Shown: one piece after another, positions 1-11,500 of the stretch
Position numbering within the stretch: the stretch's first letter is position 1
Layout: each line of letters begins with the position of its first letter
DNA from: Lama glama
Lineage: Eukaryota
Assembly: GCA_028534125.1 (NCBI GenBank)
Contig: CM052839.1
Location: 6,510,001 to 6,574,000, forward strand
DNA: 64,000 nt
Direction of reading: 5' to 3'
The notes under the pieces: model-generated
What the model was told of the DNA's origin: nothing
The model's database searches: none
The model's input: only the letters and a program-made list of their open reading frames with translations
Position numbers and translations under genes: made by a program

Positions 1-141
1 AGTCATGTTTGCAGTGTACAGTCAGAGTCCTTCCAGGCCCTCTTGTTTCATGTCAGGAGCCATCCTGGGGCACATGAGTCAAGGGCCCGTTAGGGTTCTG
101 GGCAGGGTTCTTTGTGGGTTATCAACATACAGGGTACCAGC

Positions 142-358
142 TTATAGAGGAAAGGAGCAGGTGATGGCTAAGGGTGGGCAGCCTGTGTATTCCCCCAAGT
201 TAGGGTGGTCCAAGTCGCCACGATTTCTGTGTGTAGGGTTGTCGGACGTCTGGTCACTAGGAGGTCCAGTTGTTCTCACACACACGCAGTGGGGCTCCTT
301 GGCACCTGGCTTAAACAGCTTCCTGGGGACGCCAGTCCAGTCTCTGTTCACACCTCCA
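142..358 (-). CDS. CYB5D2: CYB5D2 coding exon 4 (terminal; 3'UTR runs off the window start)
   Basis: Acceptor ttctcttcttag|T; [27 protein letters not shown]...CSFPL, TAA stop at 144-142. Confidence 0.96.
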
Positions 359-3300
359 CTAAGAAGAGAAGGAAAGAGGACTTCTTAAAAGCATGAACTC
401 CTGAGTCTCTCTGGGAAGGGGAGAGGAGGAAGCAGTGAGCCAGGCCTGCTAAAAGAAGCCATTCCACTTCCCATCTTGGTGTTTCCCCAAGGCGGTGGCC
501 TGCGGTGTTCACTCTGAATCTCGTGCTCGCCCGGCTCCCTCCAGCTTCCCCTCCCAAAGGCAGTCCATCGTCCATTCACTGTGCTCTCCGGGTCCCTGCC
601 CTGTGCCTTCCTAAGAGGCAGCACCACCTCCCGGCATTGGGGGTCACACTGCAAGGCTTTCCCCCACTGGCCTGTGAGCTTCTCAGAAGCAGTGTCTGGC
701 TCTGACTGCCTTTCCCTTCCCCACGACATCCCAGCACAGGGAGGGTGATCTTAGAGTCCGGGGCACTTGGGGGAGGGTGGAAGACTGAGGCAGCAACCCA
801 AGGCCCCATCGTAGGTTGGCCGTGTCTGGGAGGCTCTGGGCATAGGGTGTAGTTGCAGGCTGTCCTGCCCCTTGTACAGGCCTGGTCCTTGCTGTCACCA
901 AGCTTCAGAGATGGAGGATCAAGCTCTGGCCCAGCAGAGCCTGAGCCACCTCCTCCCCTGGGCAGAGAGACCTAACTCATCGTAGGGTATTGAGTTCAGC
1001 CTCGCAAAAGGAAAATGAGATCCTTGGAACTGATGCCCCATACAGATCCCAGTGCCCCGGGCCAGGATCACTTGCTGATCAGGGCGCTGACCTGCCTCCC
1101 TTCTTGCTCCCTCTCTCCCCCTAAGGCCATCCACCCATTATGAGTGGCCCTTACTCCACACCCAGGCCTTGCCTTCAGAACTCGTTTCTCCCAGTCTAGA
1201 GGGAGATATGTACATGTGAATGGAAAACAATGAACTGGGCTGAGGCGCGGGGACAGGGCCAGACAGCTTAGCACTTAGGGAAGTGGCCCTTTTCCCTGCC
1301 CCTGCTCCGTGAAAGCTGGGCTCTTACTGTGAGGCCCTTGAGGAGGCTGGGGGCAGGGGCGGGGTTCTGTTTGCTGCCTTCCTTTCCCCCCTTAGCAGAG
1401 GTGAAGGAGGACTGAGGGACCTGAACTGCACTGGAGTCCAGGCTGGCCTGATGGTTAAAGCAGGGAAATCTTTCTCCAGCTTCCCTAAGCCAACCTGGAA
1501 CAAGTCCTGCCTGGGGCATCTCATCTAATCCGGCTCACTGTTCTTACCCGAACAGACTGTCTACCTATGCTTCTGGATTTACTCGGAATTTGCAGTGTTT
1601 TTTTAAGACAGCACCTCAGGGCATCGCTGCAAGTGGCCATCCCCCCTCCTCATCTGTCTCCTGTAGGAAGGCCTGATTTGTGCGGACAAATAGGAGACTG
1701 AGGCCCTTGGACAGGTGAACAGGCAAGAGCCAGCAAGAAACAGTACTTAAGCCATCCCATTCCCAGGCCAGGGGTTCTTAAGCAAGGTCTTTGGAGAATT
1801 TAGAAAAAGAAAAAGAAGAATATGCCCAGGGCTCAACCCTAATACTCTCACCCAGTTGTCTGGAGTGAGGTCCCATCATCAGTGATTTTTTAAAAATTCC
1901 CCAAAGTTGAGAATCACTATCCCAGAGCACATGTATTTTGACAGACTTCCCCTGGGTTAGTGATGAATTTATGGCCTCACTCAACAACACAGACAGGATG
2001 ACCTGGAAGTGGGCTTTGGGGGAGAGGCGGAAGGGCAGAAGGGAAGCCCGTGTACCTCTGCTGGGAACACCAGAACCGGCTGCCCCTGGCTGAGCTCCAC
2101 TCCACATTGCATGGTGGAAACTTCTGCTTCTCTTTCAGTTCTTGTTTGTTTGCCTCCAAGCCTTTGGTGATCATAGCGTCTACCTGGGTCAGTTCTGGGG
2201 TAGGCAGCCCATCCTCTCCGTAGAACCTTCCTATCACCCTTCCTGTGGTGAGAGGAAAGCTGATGTCAGGTAACAGTGGGGGAGGCACGAACAGAGGCTC
2301 GGCTTCTGCAGCTGTCATAGTAAAGCTCGAGTTCCCAGGGTTTCTGCCTTCAGGGCTCTACAGTAGCCTACTGGCTGCGTCTTTATTAAGAGCTAATTGG
2401 AGGAACTGGTGATGCCTTCTGTCCTGATGTCTCTCAGCATCTTATGCCAGGCCAGGCAGGGGCCTCCCTGTTCTAGAGTCCTCCAGTACGGAGGTTATAA
2501 AATCTCCCTTCTGGACATCAGCTCCCCGAAAGTGGGACCACATGTGACTCATTTTTCGATGTTCCACAGTGTTGGAGGCACACAGTAGGTGTTTAATAAA
2601 TGTTTGATGAATGAATGGCTTACTGCGTGACATTTATGTGGCTCAGTTCTTCCCCACATTAAATTGTTTTGTGTTCTATAACGTAAATTAGTCATTCATT
2701 GAGTGTTCACTCAGTGTCAGGAGCTATGCCAGCACTTTCCCACTGTTTTGTGAGAGAAATCAGTGTGACCATAGTCCTAGGAGAGAGACTGGGGGATTCA
2801 ATAAGTGGGAAGTCTCTGAGGCCACTGAGTGGGTCTGGCACCCAGCTCATGCGCTCCCCTCCACCTTCAGTGGACACACTGAGTGGAAGCCGGTTTTAGT
2901 TTAAAATCCCTGTCCCACTTTGTAAGGTCTAAGCTTTGGCAGTGGCCAGCAAGTGGTCAGTGAGCCTGTAGGCCAGAGCCAAGAAGGGGTCAGTTCTCCC
3001 TGGATGTAGGGACATTCATCTCCGAGTCCTGAATTGCAAGTGACCTTCACAAGCAGCCCTGTCGGAGGGCAGGAGAAGCAGCAGAAAACACTTCTAGGTC
3101 TGACCCGGTAGGAGGCGGTAGCAGTATATATGTGCCCTGGCGGTCTGTCCAACCTCATGAGTCCCTGAGAACTGAGATCCTGGGTCACATTCACAGACCC
3201 AAGATTCACTTCATCCTCTCACTTCCAACTCCTATCCTGACTTTTCCGATTCTTTTTGTCACTTTTGTCTTGGAGCCGTGCATCTCTCTGGCTTAGGAAC

Positions 3301-6300
3301 CTTGGGCCTCTTGACTCCTCCCCCTTCACAGGCAAATGTACACCTTCTTCGTTCACATCTAACCCACTAGCGAATCGTGTCGGTCCAACTTTGAAAAACA
3401 CCCCAATTCTGTCCATTTCGTTCCATCTCCACTGCTACCACCCTGACTCACACCACGGATCACAACAGTAGCCTCCCACTGCTCCCTGCTTCAGCTCATG
3501 CCCTCCGACAGTTCTTTCTCTACAAACAGTCCCTTCTCAAGCGGCTGGGATGAGCTTTTAAAAACGTAAATCATATTGTATCATCTCCATGCCTGGTTTA
3601 AACCCACCACTGGCTTCCTAACGCATGTGAATAAAACACATACTTCTTATCAAGGCCTCCAAGACTATAACCTGACTTCTGTTTGCTTCTTTACCCTTTT
3701 CTCAAGTCGTCCCATCCCTCCCTCCCTCCCGGTAGCCTCCCTGATGGTGCTTCACTGCTCCCCTCCTCAGGCACTACTGTTCTCTCAGTTGAAATACCCT
3801 TTTCCCAGATCTCAGGCTCCTTCTCACCTTCCAGGTCTCAGCTGAACTGTCATCTCCAAGAGGCCTCCCCTGACCATCTGCTCCAGAGGGGCACACACTC
3901 CCAAACATGCATCACATTAGTTTTTGTTTATTCACAGCCCTGTCTGGAATTTTCTAATCAGTTTACTTGTTTCTGCTACATGCTCCCCAGCAGTGAGGCC
4001 CCAGCACTCAAAGCAGCTCAGTCCAGAGCATTCACTTTAAATGCTTGATAGAATGAATGAAGGGATCAGGGCCTGGTCCCAGGCCTGCAGTCTGTAAGTT
4101 GGCCTAGCACCAAATTTTCTTCTGTCGAGGGTCTCTGCATGCATGGTGACAAGCCTGTCTTGGTGGGTTTTAGACATGAGACTCAGAGAGGACAGCAGTA
4201 GTAGAGGCAACAGAGAAAGAGTGGTAGAAGCTGTGCTGTGAGAATGGTGGTCATCATTGGCTGGGACTCCAGGACACAACAAAAGACATCCCATTTCCCC
4301 ATGAGGCCTGGCCATGTGGCCGCCAAGATGGCGTCCTGCTGTCTTCACTTCATTGTGCACCCATGTAATACGTCTTCATCTTCTGATGTGGCCTGAGGGT
4401 TTCTGATGCCCTGAAGGAACCTAACACAGCCCTCTTATAGAATAAGCTAACAGAGGACAGAAACTGCACTCAACTCATCTGTGGGCCCCATGAGGACCAG
4501 AACCACAGTGTATCCAAGGTAGAAATTCAAATATTTCCTGACTCTAACTGAAATCCTTCTGAGGCATTTTCGAGCATATGCCCCAACCACCCCCTGCCCC
4601 TACACATTAAGACTGTTCAAATGAGATTAGTTCACTCATCTCAACAAATACATCAATCTTTTCCCCCAAATATCAGTATGACGTGTATTGTATCCTTTGC
4701 CCACACACAGGACTCCGCTCTTATTCTTTTGTGTTGGGTTTTTTCCTTATTAACCCAGTAATGTTTCAACTTTGGTTTGGCAATCTCATGGGAAAAAGGG
4801 AGAGCCAACAAGCCTTCTGAAGGGCAGATGAATAGAGGTCAGTTCTTTCAATGGCAAACACAGTTGTGGTCTTAGGAGTGACCTGGGGCAGACTGGGTGA
4901 AAACAAAGATGTGGGTGCTGCAAGTTGGAATGACAAAGGCCAACAATGGTGGGTGTGGACGAGGGAGGACTGGAAACAGAACTTCAGACGTTATGAAAAA
5001 GCATTGGCCAATTGGATGTGGAAGGAGCAGAGGAGTTAGTGAAGATGCCAAGGTTCTCAGAAAAGGAAACCCAGGCAGTGATGACAGAAGCAAACATTCA
5101 GAGGCATTAGGGGCATAGAAAGAACTCTTCCAATTTAGACCTGTTCCCGAACACTGACGTTCCTGTGTCCAAGTGGGCTCCAGTGAGAGGTCAGAGCAGT
5201 AGGTGGAAAAAAGGGCCCCAACTATCCTAGTTTTCAGTGTTTGTGAAGCAATCTAGTGTTTAGTGTCTAACATTTCTTTAGGACACTCTTAAGTGTCTTC
5301 TCATTTAAGTAGCAAGTGCAGTGCGGGATACAACTGGCTTAAACAGACGTTTGATTAGCATAACTTCCACCTGGGAGACAATTCATTCAGGATGGACACA
5401 GACTAATGTTTATCTCCTTAGAGGACAAAATAAAAGGGTATTTGTCAAAACCACAAGCCAACAGGTGGCTCTGAGCTTCCTGACTGCGCTGAAGCCAGAT
5501 GTTTGGAACACAGTGAGATGGGGAAGCTGCCTTCCTGGGGCTGGTTGTTCAAGGGTGGTGCAGGCTGTGGGGCAACAGAGGCCAAAGCAAATGGATGGGC
5601 AATCCTCTCCCAAGATTAAGTATGGCCCAGCCGTTCCTTCTGGGCCATACTGCCACAGTATGAGTTTAAGGCGAAAAATCCATGGGTAGTTTTCAGATTT
5701 TAACTTTGAGTCCAATCCCCAAAGAATCCTAGCCCCCTAAAAAAATTGCAAGACAACTCCAATGAAACCTATGGAAATGACTTGTGGAATACCTACCAAT
5801 GAATTCATAGTTCTTCTCATAGAACGAAAGCCAATTTTGAAGTGTCAGCATCTCAGAAGGAGACAGGTCAGATACATCATCCGCAAGGCCTGCTGCAGAG
5901 TAGTCCCCGGTCACAAAGGCTCTAGAGGCGTCTCTGCCTGAGGAGAGACGTTTCCTGTAAGTTAACTTGTAAATCACCAACGCTGTACAAACCAAAGAAT
6001 CTACTTTCTGAGAAACATTTCCTGAAAACCCTCATTCCCCATCCCTGAAAGCAAAGCCAACCCCTGTTCCTCTGTGATAGATGCTCCTGGATCTTGGACA
6101 CACATGAGTATCGGACACAAAGGAACTCAGTCAACAGTAGAGCACACTGCAAAAGAAAAATCTCCCCGGAAATGGAGGGTTTTTTGCTCACACTTGTGCA
6201 TACAGCCATGACAGCCGTATCAGGGTGTGCAAGGGAGTGCACCAAAAAGTGCCCTCACCCAGCAGGTAAATAAAACCCTTGATTCCAGTCCCAGCTCTCT

Positions 6301-7616
6301 TCTATCTCACTGTGTAAGCCCCGGATAAGTCCCTTCCCCTGCTGGGCTGTTTGAGGGGCTCAGCAACACTAATGGAACTTAATTCCTCCCCTGTCAAAGC
6401 TTCTATTTCTGAAGTTCTCCCTAGAGACAGGGGAGTGACTAGAATTTAAGTACCAGAGGCAGCTTCTCAATTCCCCTGTGATAATGACAAGCAAAGAATG
6501 CCCATTTAATGCTGCTTCGTCACTGGCCTTAAGCTTGCTCATCATTTGCTTTTTCTTTTTTAATCTCGGAGATGATCATTCCTCTGGGCTGGTAAGGTAA
6601 AAGTAACAGGCTGGTAGTCCGAGTTCAAGTCCTGTCAGTACTTGGTTGTGAGGGCTTTAGGCAAATCACATCCTCCAATCCCCTCAGTTGCAGAGTGGGG
6701 ACAGAATAAACCTCATTTGCTAAATGTTCTCTGAGGCCTAACATATGCACAGCTTTGTTCTAAGTTTGGAAGGACTGTAAAGGTGGCCAGACTCCCTGCA
6801 TTCTAACCTGATAAACTTTAAAAGAAGGCAGACAAATGCATTTGTACTAGAAGCATCTAGTCCAGATCTGTACTCATACCAAATGTACTATTTTTAGGGG
6901 AAACTTGGGGTAGCGGTAAAGAAAGGTGACTTCGGGTAGGGACACATTGAAGAAATGATACGAATCAGCAGGGGAACTCTTGAGGTCAGGGTCAGGGCCT
7001 CTCTCAACTCTGTGCCCTGAGGGCCACGGTGTGGCACAAGGCAGGTACTGGGGGGTTCTGCTGGCGGGTAAAGAGAAACCAACAGGAGGCTAGAGATGTG
7101 TTTCTCCAACCCAAGTCAACGAAGAGCGGTGGGGAAAGACAGGGAGGGTAGAGGCCACTAACAGTTGCCCATAGTCCTGCTGGAGTCAAAACAGTCCAGA
7201 AGGATGATGCAGCTGAGCCTGGCCCCGACGCTGGTCTGACGAATGTGGGGGGTGGAAATGCAGACGAATAAACGAATGAATGAGTAAGTGAATGAATGAA
7301 ACACAGGCGGCTACTAGCCCCCGTTGGAGGAGGAAAAGGCGTCAGCCGCCTCGCTAATACCTGCGAAGCCGCTATAGTGGGCTCCAGGCCCGTAGTGCTT
7401 CCGGCCAGAGGACACATCGTAGATGCGTCCGAGCAGAGCCAAGTAGAGGCCCGGGTCCCCAGGGCGGCCGCGGTAGCGGGCCAGCTCCTCGGGTATGAAA
7501 AGGCGAAAGTCAGCGCGGGGACTCCACCAGCCCATCAGCCGTGTGGCCATCACCGCTGTCGCTGCCGCTGCCGCCGCCAGGCCCAGCCAGAGCCCACGGC
7601 CGCCGAGCACCGGCAT
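142..7616 (-). CDS. CYB5D2: CYB5D2 / neuferricin, complete spliced CDS (4 exons, 801 nt, 266 aa)
   Basis: Exons 256+141+187+217 nt join in frame with GT-AG boundaries. N-terminal hydrophobic segment, MAPR/cytochrome-b5-like motif [29 protein letters not shown]-terminus [16 protein letters not shown]. Head-to-head with ZZEF1 as in other mammals. Confidence 0.97.
2056..2242 (-). CDS. CYB5D2: CYB5D2 coding exon 3
   Basis: Acceptor caccacag|GA; [17 protein letters not shown]...[21 protein letters not shown]; donor GAG|gtacac; 187 nt. Confidence 0.96.
3380..4060 (+). mobile_element. L2 LINE relic (3' portion)
   Basis: L2-like text (tagcctcccactgctccctgcttc..., aactgtcatctccaagaggcctcccctgacc) ending in a gaatgaatga tail; boundaries approximate. 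Confidence 0.65.
5797..5937 (-). CDS. CYB5D2: CYB5D2 coding exon 2
   Basis: Acceptor ctcctcag|GC; [46 protein letters not shown]; donor TTG|gtaggt; 141 nt. Confidence 0.96.
7361..7616 (-). CDS. CYB5D2: CYB5D2 coding exon 1
   Basis: ATG at 7616; [23 protein letters not shown]...HYSGFA(G); donor GCAG|gtatta. Confidence 0.95.
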
Positions 7617-8183
7617 TTAGACAGCCGCACCTCCTCCGTTCCCCCGAAGTTGCGGCCTCTCCGTCCACTACTAAGATGGCGGAGAACCGGCCGCTACGTC
7701 ACCAGCGCGACGCGCGCTCTCCGTTGTCCGCCTGTCACTAAGAGGGCAAAGAAGGACTGAAAGGGAAAAGTCTGACGAAAAGTTCATCGGCCGGCTCCAA
7801 CTCTTTCGTACTTGTCCAGCATAGCTAGTGAACGAGGAGGGACACAGAGAAAGTAAGCGGCGAAGGGCCCTGTTGGCCGGCAGGTTGTCCGCCCCCAACA
7901 AAGATGGTGGCATAGGAGGCTGCGGGATGACGTAGACGTTGTGACAGAAGCACCCTTTTGGAAATCTGGCTGTCCTCGGCTGGCTGTCTCACGACAGCTG
8001 GTGAAATCCGCTTGACGGCGCCTTTGCGACAGCAGTCCTCGCTTGTCGGCGTGGAAGCCGGAAGCCGCAGCCGCCGCCGTCGTCCCCTCCCCGTCCCCGC
8101 CCGCCGGGTGCCGTCGGAGGTTGACAGGTCGTGGCGGGGAGGCGGCGGCGGCGGCAGAGCCGGGCGCCCGAGACGGAGACCCC

Positions 8184-8537
8184 ATGGGGAACGCTCCGAG
8201 TCACAGCAGTGAAGACGAGGCGGCAGCCGCCGGGGGCGAGGGCTGGGGCCCGCACCAGGACTGGGCTGCGGACTCGGGCACGACCCCCGGCCCGGGCACC
8301 GCGGCCCCGGCGCTGCCGCCCGCCGCGGCCCTGCTGGAGCCGGCACGGCTGAGAGAGGCGGCGGCCGCGCTGCGGCCCACGCCGCCCTGCGAGTCTCTGG
8401 TGTCTAGGCACCACGGCGCGCTGTTGCGCTGGCTGGAAGAGCGGCTGGGCCGCGGCGAAGAGTCCGTCACCCTGGAGCAGTTCCGGGAGCTGCTGGAGGC
8501 TCGTGGCGCCGGCTGTTCGGGCGAGCAGTTCGAGGAG
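8184..8537 (+). CDS. ZZEF1: ZZEF1 exon 1 (coding part)
   Basis: cccATGG start; MGNAPSH...GCSGEQFEE; donor GAG|gtcagg; 354 nt. Confidence 0.96.
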
Positions 8538-11500
8538 GTCAGGGCTGACTGGCGATTACGGGGCGGGGGCAGGGCGGTCGCCCCCAAGGGCGTAAAGAGG
8601 TGGGCGGTGGCTTTGGAGAGGCCGGGCAGGAACCCATAGTCTGCAGGGCAGAAACCCATACGGTCCGCAGGTTCCGAGAATAGGACCATGGGGGTGCCGG
8701 GACCCACATTGTGTGCTTCCAGCCTGTTCACTCCGGGAGACGACTGCGAATCTCTTTAACCTTTATTAGAGGTGTGGAAAGCCTAGGCTAGGCGGTTCTT
8801 GTTCGGGAATACTGGGCAAGCCTGGATGTCTTTGCATGTTGCTGTAGTACAGACCTTTGTGCTGTTGCCTGACGCTGGATCAGCTGCTCTTTGGAGCTTC
8901 CTTATCACGCTCCAACGGTTTAAGGGCAATGTAGTGGGATTGAGGAAGCGGCCATGAAAACCATTCCGTTTTATTGGCCAGTGGGTTTTTGCAGAGCACC
9001 TTGCGCCGAACAAATGTCGGAGCAAGATAACATATACTGGAAATATTCACATTCTGAAAGCCATTCGTATAACGCAAAAACTAGCTTTTGCAAAATATGT
9101 ATTTATTTTTGGATCTTTGAAAAACCTCTTTTAGATTCATTTAAACCTCCCTAGAACCTAAAATTGATAGGCAAATACCAGCTTTCCCGTGAATACTTAC
9201 AATTACCTAGTTTTGGGCATAATCACCAACATCATCTCTGTTAAGTAATTAACAGCAAGTTGATATGGCAACAAAATATTTTCCTTGGAAGAGATCGTAG
9301 AAATTATCTGTACCAAACACTTCATTTTAGAGTTAAGAGAACTGATCCAGGATGTTACTCTGTGAATCATTGGCAAAACTGAGGCTGACTCTCACTCAGA
9401 TTTCTTGTTTGTCTTATGTCCCACTACCTCCTTCTTGGAACCCCATTTCTTTAACTCCACAATGTTTTAACAGAAGGTACTTAATTTGTGAAAATGGGTA
9501 AACCATGTAGTATTTTTCAGTGTCGATGAAGGGTGAGTACATAAAGTCATAAACTGACAAGTACTTGTAATTCCTTTAAAAAGTGATGTGCACTTTAAAA
9601 CCAGAGACTTCTAAAATATTTTAAGAATGTCTTCCTCTGTATGGCCAGAATTCAGATAATGTGGTTTGTATGTTGGTCATATTACTTGGTGAAAAGTCTC
9701 CTTTTTTTTTTTAATTCCAAGAGTACACATAATACTTTGCACTCTAGTCCTAGGTGTATTATGAGAAAATGAAGCGGTGTCAGAAAGAGCTGTGCAGATC
9801 TGTTGAAGGAGTTGGCACATTTCAAAATTGTCTAAAAGAGAATAGAGAGAAACAATGTTTACATTGTGAGAGCTTCTGACTGGAATAGAGCTGCAGGTGG
9901 AGTTTACAGGAGTCCTGTATTGTAAAGGCCAAGAAGTCCTCGAAGTGTGGCCCAGAAATAACTCAAGGGCTGTGACATTGTCCATTCAGTCACTGAGCAA
10001 ATATTTATTGGGCACATATTGAGTGCCAAGCACTTTGATGACAGTGGGCAAAGCAGATACTTGCTCTTAAAGAGTACCTAGTACCGAAAGAGATGCACAT
10101 TAACCTAGCAGTTATGGGTGGGGTGTTGTCACCACAAGGAAAAGCAGAGGGAAAAAATAGCAGGAGTGTTTAACCTCATCTAGGGTGTCAAGGGAGACTT
10201 ACCTGAAGTGTGACATTTCAGCAGAGTTGAAGGATGCAAGCAGCCAAGGAGCGGTAGGTGTTAGCAGTGTTTCAGGCAGAGGGAATTGCATGTGCAAGTC
10301 CTAAGTCCAGAGGATGGAGAATCCGGAGGCATGGTGTGGTGTGTTAGAGTTATAAAACTGCTTCAAGGAACAGGAAATCCAGTGCATGCTTTCAGCAATA
10401 AAGAAGCTTTTTCTGTAGAAGTCCAGGTAGGCAGTCCCGGATTGATACGGCTGTTTCACAGTTACCAGGGACCTGGCTCCATCCATCTTGTGCTGTCATC
10501 CTCCACAGTCACCTTCTACTTAGTGATTCAAATGACTTTCTGCTGTCGCTTTCCACATTCCCACCAGCGGGAAAGAGAGGGCCATGCCTCCTCTCATAAA
10601 GGCATGGCTTCCCTCCTGTTGGCCCAAACTCAGTCACGTGGCCACACTTAACTGCAAGGGAGGCTGGGTAAGATCCTTATTCCATGGCCGTATATTCAGC
10701 CAAGAATCAGGATTTAATTACTGAGGAAGAGGAGAATAGTTACTGGGTTATGATAGCAGTCTTTGACTCACACAGCTAGGTCATAGAATGCAGCAGGAGG
10801 AGAACAAGGCTAGGAAGCAGGTAGGGGCCAGATTGTGGGAGTCCTTTGCAGCCTCTGTTGAACAGGAGTTTGCAGATGGTGGAGTTTGAAGCCAAGTGCC
10901 ATGCTGGCTGTGGCTGCCTAATGGAGAACCAGTGGTGAAGGGTCAGAGGGACCCAAGCAGATCAGTTAGGAGGCTACTTTGACAGTCTAGGTAGGAGATT
11001 GGATGGCTTGGGCTAAGATGGTGGCAGCTAAAATAGTAGGCAGTGATCAATTTTGAGAGCTATTTAGGAAGTAGAATAAGCAGTTCTTGAGACTTAGGTG
11101 TGGATAGAGGAGTAGAAGGAGAAAGGAGCCAAGGTTGCCTCCAGCATTACTGACACCAGTGACGGGGAAGATGATAGTGCTGTTTATTGAAGGGAAAATC
11201 TGCAGGAAGGGAAGACCTGGAGAGGGAAGGTGAGTTTGCTTTGGTACATGTTGAGTTTAATGCGTCCATGAGACAGCTAAGTCAAGGTGTCTCTTAGATG
11301 GTTGGGTGTCTGAGCCTGGAGCTTAGGAGAGAAGACTGCACGGGATACAGTCATAAGTTTGCACACTGGAGTTTCATGAGAAAATAGCTGCATTGTTTCC
11401 TNNNNNNNNNNNNNNNNNNNNNNNNNNNNNNNNNNNNNNNNNNNNNNNNNNNNNNNNNNNNNNNNNNNNNNNNNNNNNNNNNNNNNNNNNNNNNNNNNNN

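Larger units (their letters stand above)
7300..8750. promoter_or_regulatory. CpG island / bidirectional promoter shared by CYB5D2 and ZZEF1
   Basis: Very GC- and CpG-rich; divergent ATGs at 7616(-) and 8184(+); YY1-type AAGATGGCGG 7673-7682; tandem ETS GGAAGCCGGAAG 8053-8064; ATF/CRE-like TGACGTA at 7928-7934 and inverted at 7695-7701; no obvious TATA box. Confidence 0.9.

Noticed and set aside
7296-8731. Many long overlapping ORFs (130-198 aa) on both strands around the promoter
   Set aside because: Expected from stop-codon scarcity in a GC-rich CpG island; only the CYB5D2 and ZZEF1 exon-1 frames match known proteins.
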